Below are positions 61,223-64,000 of a stretch of 64,000 bases of DNA, piece by piece. The translations under genes and the position numbers were made by a program. The stretch is from Chiloscyllium plagiosum. Its lineage: Eukaryota. The stretch is from the NCBI RefSeq assembly GCF_004010195.1, contig NC_057718.1, positions 18,043,748 through 18,107,747 of the forward strand, given 5' to 3'. The notes beneath the pieces are model-generated. The model ran no database searches and was not told where the DNA came from. It saw only the letters and a list, made by a program, of their open reading frames with translations. Within the stretch, counting starts at the first letter, position 1, and every line of letters starts with the position of its first letter.

Positions 61223-63003
61223 ATAACCGATGTCAGATATTAAGAGCAGGCAAATTTCCAGTGCAGCCAGAATGGTGTGGGACACATTAAAAGACTCCAG
61301 ACGGGGGATCTTGCTGTGGGCGATGGTTGCTTGGGTTTTAAGAAAAAGACAGAAGTTGATTGGAGTGGTTAAGTGGAAGCCCTTTCCGTCAGTTAGTATA
61401 AGCAGACATACCTTGGATACAGGTTTGTAAGTGAGGAATGTAGACCAGTGAAATCCCTGTGGTGTGCGCGAAAGGTTGAAATTGGTAACATTGGCCAAGA
61501 GCTTACTGTTTTAAGGGAAGAAAACGTTCCTTCTCTCTAATGCCAACAGAAGGTGTAATTGTGAAGTCAGTGATCAGTGAACTATTTCTTGTCCTTTTGT
61601 TGATTTATCTTTTGACACACTTTACAGCAACAGTGAGCTGAGGTGAAGAGAACGCATCAAAGAGAATGATGGAAAGGTACTCTGCTAAATAATGCAGGCT
61701 GTTTGAAGTAAGTGTACATTTTCTTCAAAAGAGATAATATTGCTTGTCCTTTACTTCCTCCATTCTGTTTCTTAACTCTTGCTCTCTTGAAGATTGTGTT
61801 GAGTGTTCAACTCAAGTTGGCAATTCATCTCCACCTTGTTCGTCAAAACCTACTCAAGCAATATGCTGGACAAACTCCAGCTGTGTTTGTTGATACAAGA
61901 AAGAATGAATTTTTAAGGTGAAAGACCTTTCTACAGAAATGGAAAGTGATAGAATTGAAGCAGGTTTTTAGTAGTAGAGAAAGGTTTTAAGGGGATAGGG
62001 TGGTGGAGAGAGCAGTGGTATGTCCAATATCACAAAGGATGATGGTACAAGTCAAAAGGGGGTAGTCCTGGGTCAAGTTACAAAACGACAGATGATGCAA
62101 ATGAGATGCAAATGGTAAAAGTAGCAAAGAGATCAGAGACAGCTGCCATCATCAGTCTAGATGACTGGTTATTGATCTAACTGGGGAGGACAACAAGGCA
62201 TTAGTCCGACATGACCCTTTTCCTCATTTGCTTAATTGTGCTTCCAGGATGCAGCCTGTTTCAGTTTTTGGCCTGAGGTTTACAAAAACAATTGTAGGTT
62301 AGGTTAACTAGCTCAAGACCAGCATAACCGGGCTTTCCAAGTTTCTACGTAAGTTTCAAATAGATCTGCAATTTTTATATGTCTCAATTTTGAGACTGTC
62401 AGCCCTGTTTACAAGCCTCTATCTATCCTTGAAACCTCCTCTAATCCTACGGGCCTATGAGATCTCGTGTGTGTATTAATAGCTCAGCATTGGCAGCCAG
62501 ATACCTGCACCTAAGAATTGGAATTCCTTCCCTCCACCTCTCTCTCTCTCTCTCTCTCTCTTTCTTTCTCCTGCTTAAGGTGTTCCTTGACAGTACATGC
62601 ACCGCTTTGACCAAGTTTTTGGTCATTTGGCCTGATCTATGGCTTTGTGCATCAACTTTTTTTTAACGATCTCTCTCTTAGTCCCTTTTTAAAATTCTGT
62701 TAAAAGTGCTACTTCATTGCAAATTAAGGTTCGGGAAGTATGAGCTCTGCCCCAGCCAGACTTGACTCATACTGAAAATTCCCCACTCGGCTCCAGCTTG
62801 TTAGAAAACTGAAAATTATCTTGAAAGTCAAAAGACAGTTTTGGATAAAACTCGAGGGCATGGAGACTGTTGTGTGAGATTGCAAAATGAGTCGCTAGGC
62901 AACTGTAAAAATAAATTTGTGCCCCCTCACCCTCCTCTTTCAAAAAATCATAATAGGCAAAGATCTATGGAATGCAAATATAAAATAAACTCTCAATTCA
63001 AAC

Positions 63004-63870
63004 AGAGTCATTGAGTCATAGAGATGTACAGCGCAGAAACAGATCCTTGGGTCCAACTCGTCCATGCTGACCAGATATTCTAAATTAATCTAGTTCCATT
63101 TGTCCGCGTTTGGCCCATATCCCACTGAACTCTTCCATCCAGATGCCTTTTAAATGTTATAGTTGTCCAAGCTTCCACCACTTCCTCTGGCAGGTCATTC
63201 CATACACACTCTGTGTGAAAAGGCTGCCCCCAGGTCCCTTTTAAATTCTTCCCCTCTCACCTTAAACCTATGCCCACTAGTTTTGGACTCCCCCACCCTG
63301 GGAAAAAGACCTTGGCTATTTACCCTATCCATGATTTTACAACTCTCTATTAGGTCACCCCTCAGCCTCCAGGGAAAAAAGCCACAGCCTATTCAGTCTC
63401 TCCCTACATTTCAAACCCTCCAACCCTGGCAACATCTTTGTAATTTTTTTCTGGACCCTTTCAAATTTAAGAACATCTTTCTTGTAGCAGGGAGACCAGA
63501 AAAAAACACAGTATTCCAATAGTGGCCTAATTAATGTCCTGTACAGCCGCAACATGACCTCCCAACTTCTATACTCAATGCACCGACCAATAAGGCAAGC
63601 GTAACAAAGGACTTCTTCACTACTCTGTCTACCTGCCACTCCACCTTCAAGAAACTATGAACCTACATCCCAAGGTCTCTTTGTTCAGCAAGACTCCCCA
63701 AGACCTTACCAATAAGTATATATGTTCTGCCCTGATTTGTCTCTCCTCATAACACCTCACGTTTATCTAAATTAAACTCTGTCTGCCACTCCTTGGCCCA
63801 CTGGTCCAACCAGTCCTACTGTACTCTGAAACAACTTTCCTTATTGACCACTACACCACCAATTTTGTGG
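63004..63870 (-). mobile_element. CR1/HER1 LINE 3' fragment
   Basis: MLRLYRTLIRPLLEYC...FERVQKKITKMLPGLE; GAGTCATTGAGTCATAGAG tail. Confidence 0.9.
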
Positions 63871-64000
63871 ATTCCACTACTAACACGTAATATTCCAGCA
63901 ATGGCTTAACCAATGTTTGATAAAGTTCCAGCTTCACCTCCTGGCTCTTAAACTCTACACCTTGACTAATAAAGGCCAGTATTTCTTATCCTTCTTAACT

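Noticed and set aside
61600..61682. Coding exon after the TTTACAG acceptor
   Set aside because: Stop codons in all three frames before the next plausible donor.

Overview
Repeat-dense vertebrate DNA, almost certainly from a shark or other elasmobranch: it carries HE1/V-SINEs with (TCTAA)n tails, HER1/CR1 LINEs and Deu-domain SINEs. It looks like a large intron or intergenic region. I found no intact protein-coding gene; the ORFs I could assign are decayed retroelement frames or their antisense shadows. The window holds many CR1-type LINE fragments, about 11 HE1-type SINEs, ancient Deu-SINE remnants, a Rex1/Babar tail, a Tigger/pogo-like MITE, LTR remnants and two families of Penelope-like elements (PLEs; RT plus GIY-YIG). 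The main signal is about 20 minimal type-I hammerhead-ribozyme motifs (CUGANGA-A-stem II-GAAAC-NUH) whose stem II varies in sequence but stays paired. They sit in PLE termini and in tiny (about 85-190 bp) non-coding inserts flanked by 11-16 bp target-site duplications (TSDs). Several inserts are head-to-head ribozyme palindromes, and their junctions cluster just 5' of the catalytic core. A possible 9-nt neural-type microexon at 16822-16830 is the best hint of a host gene. Repeat boundaries were read by eye and are approximate.
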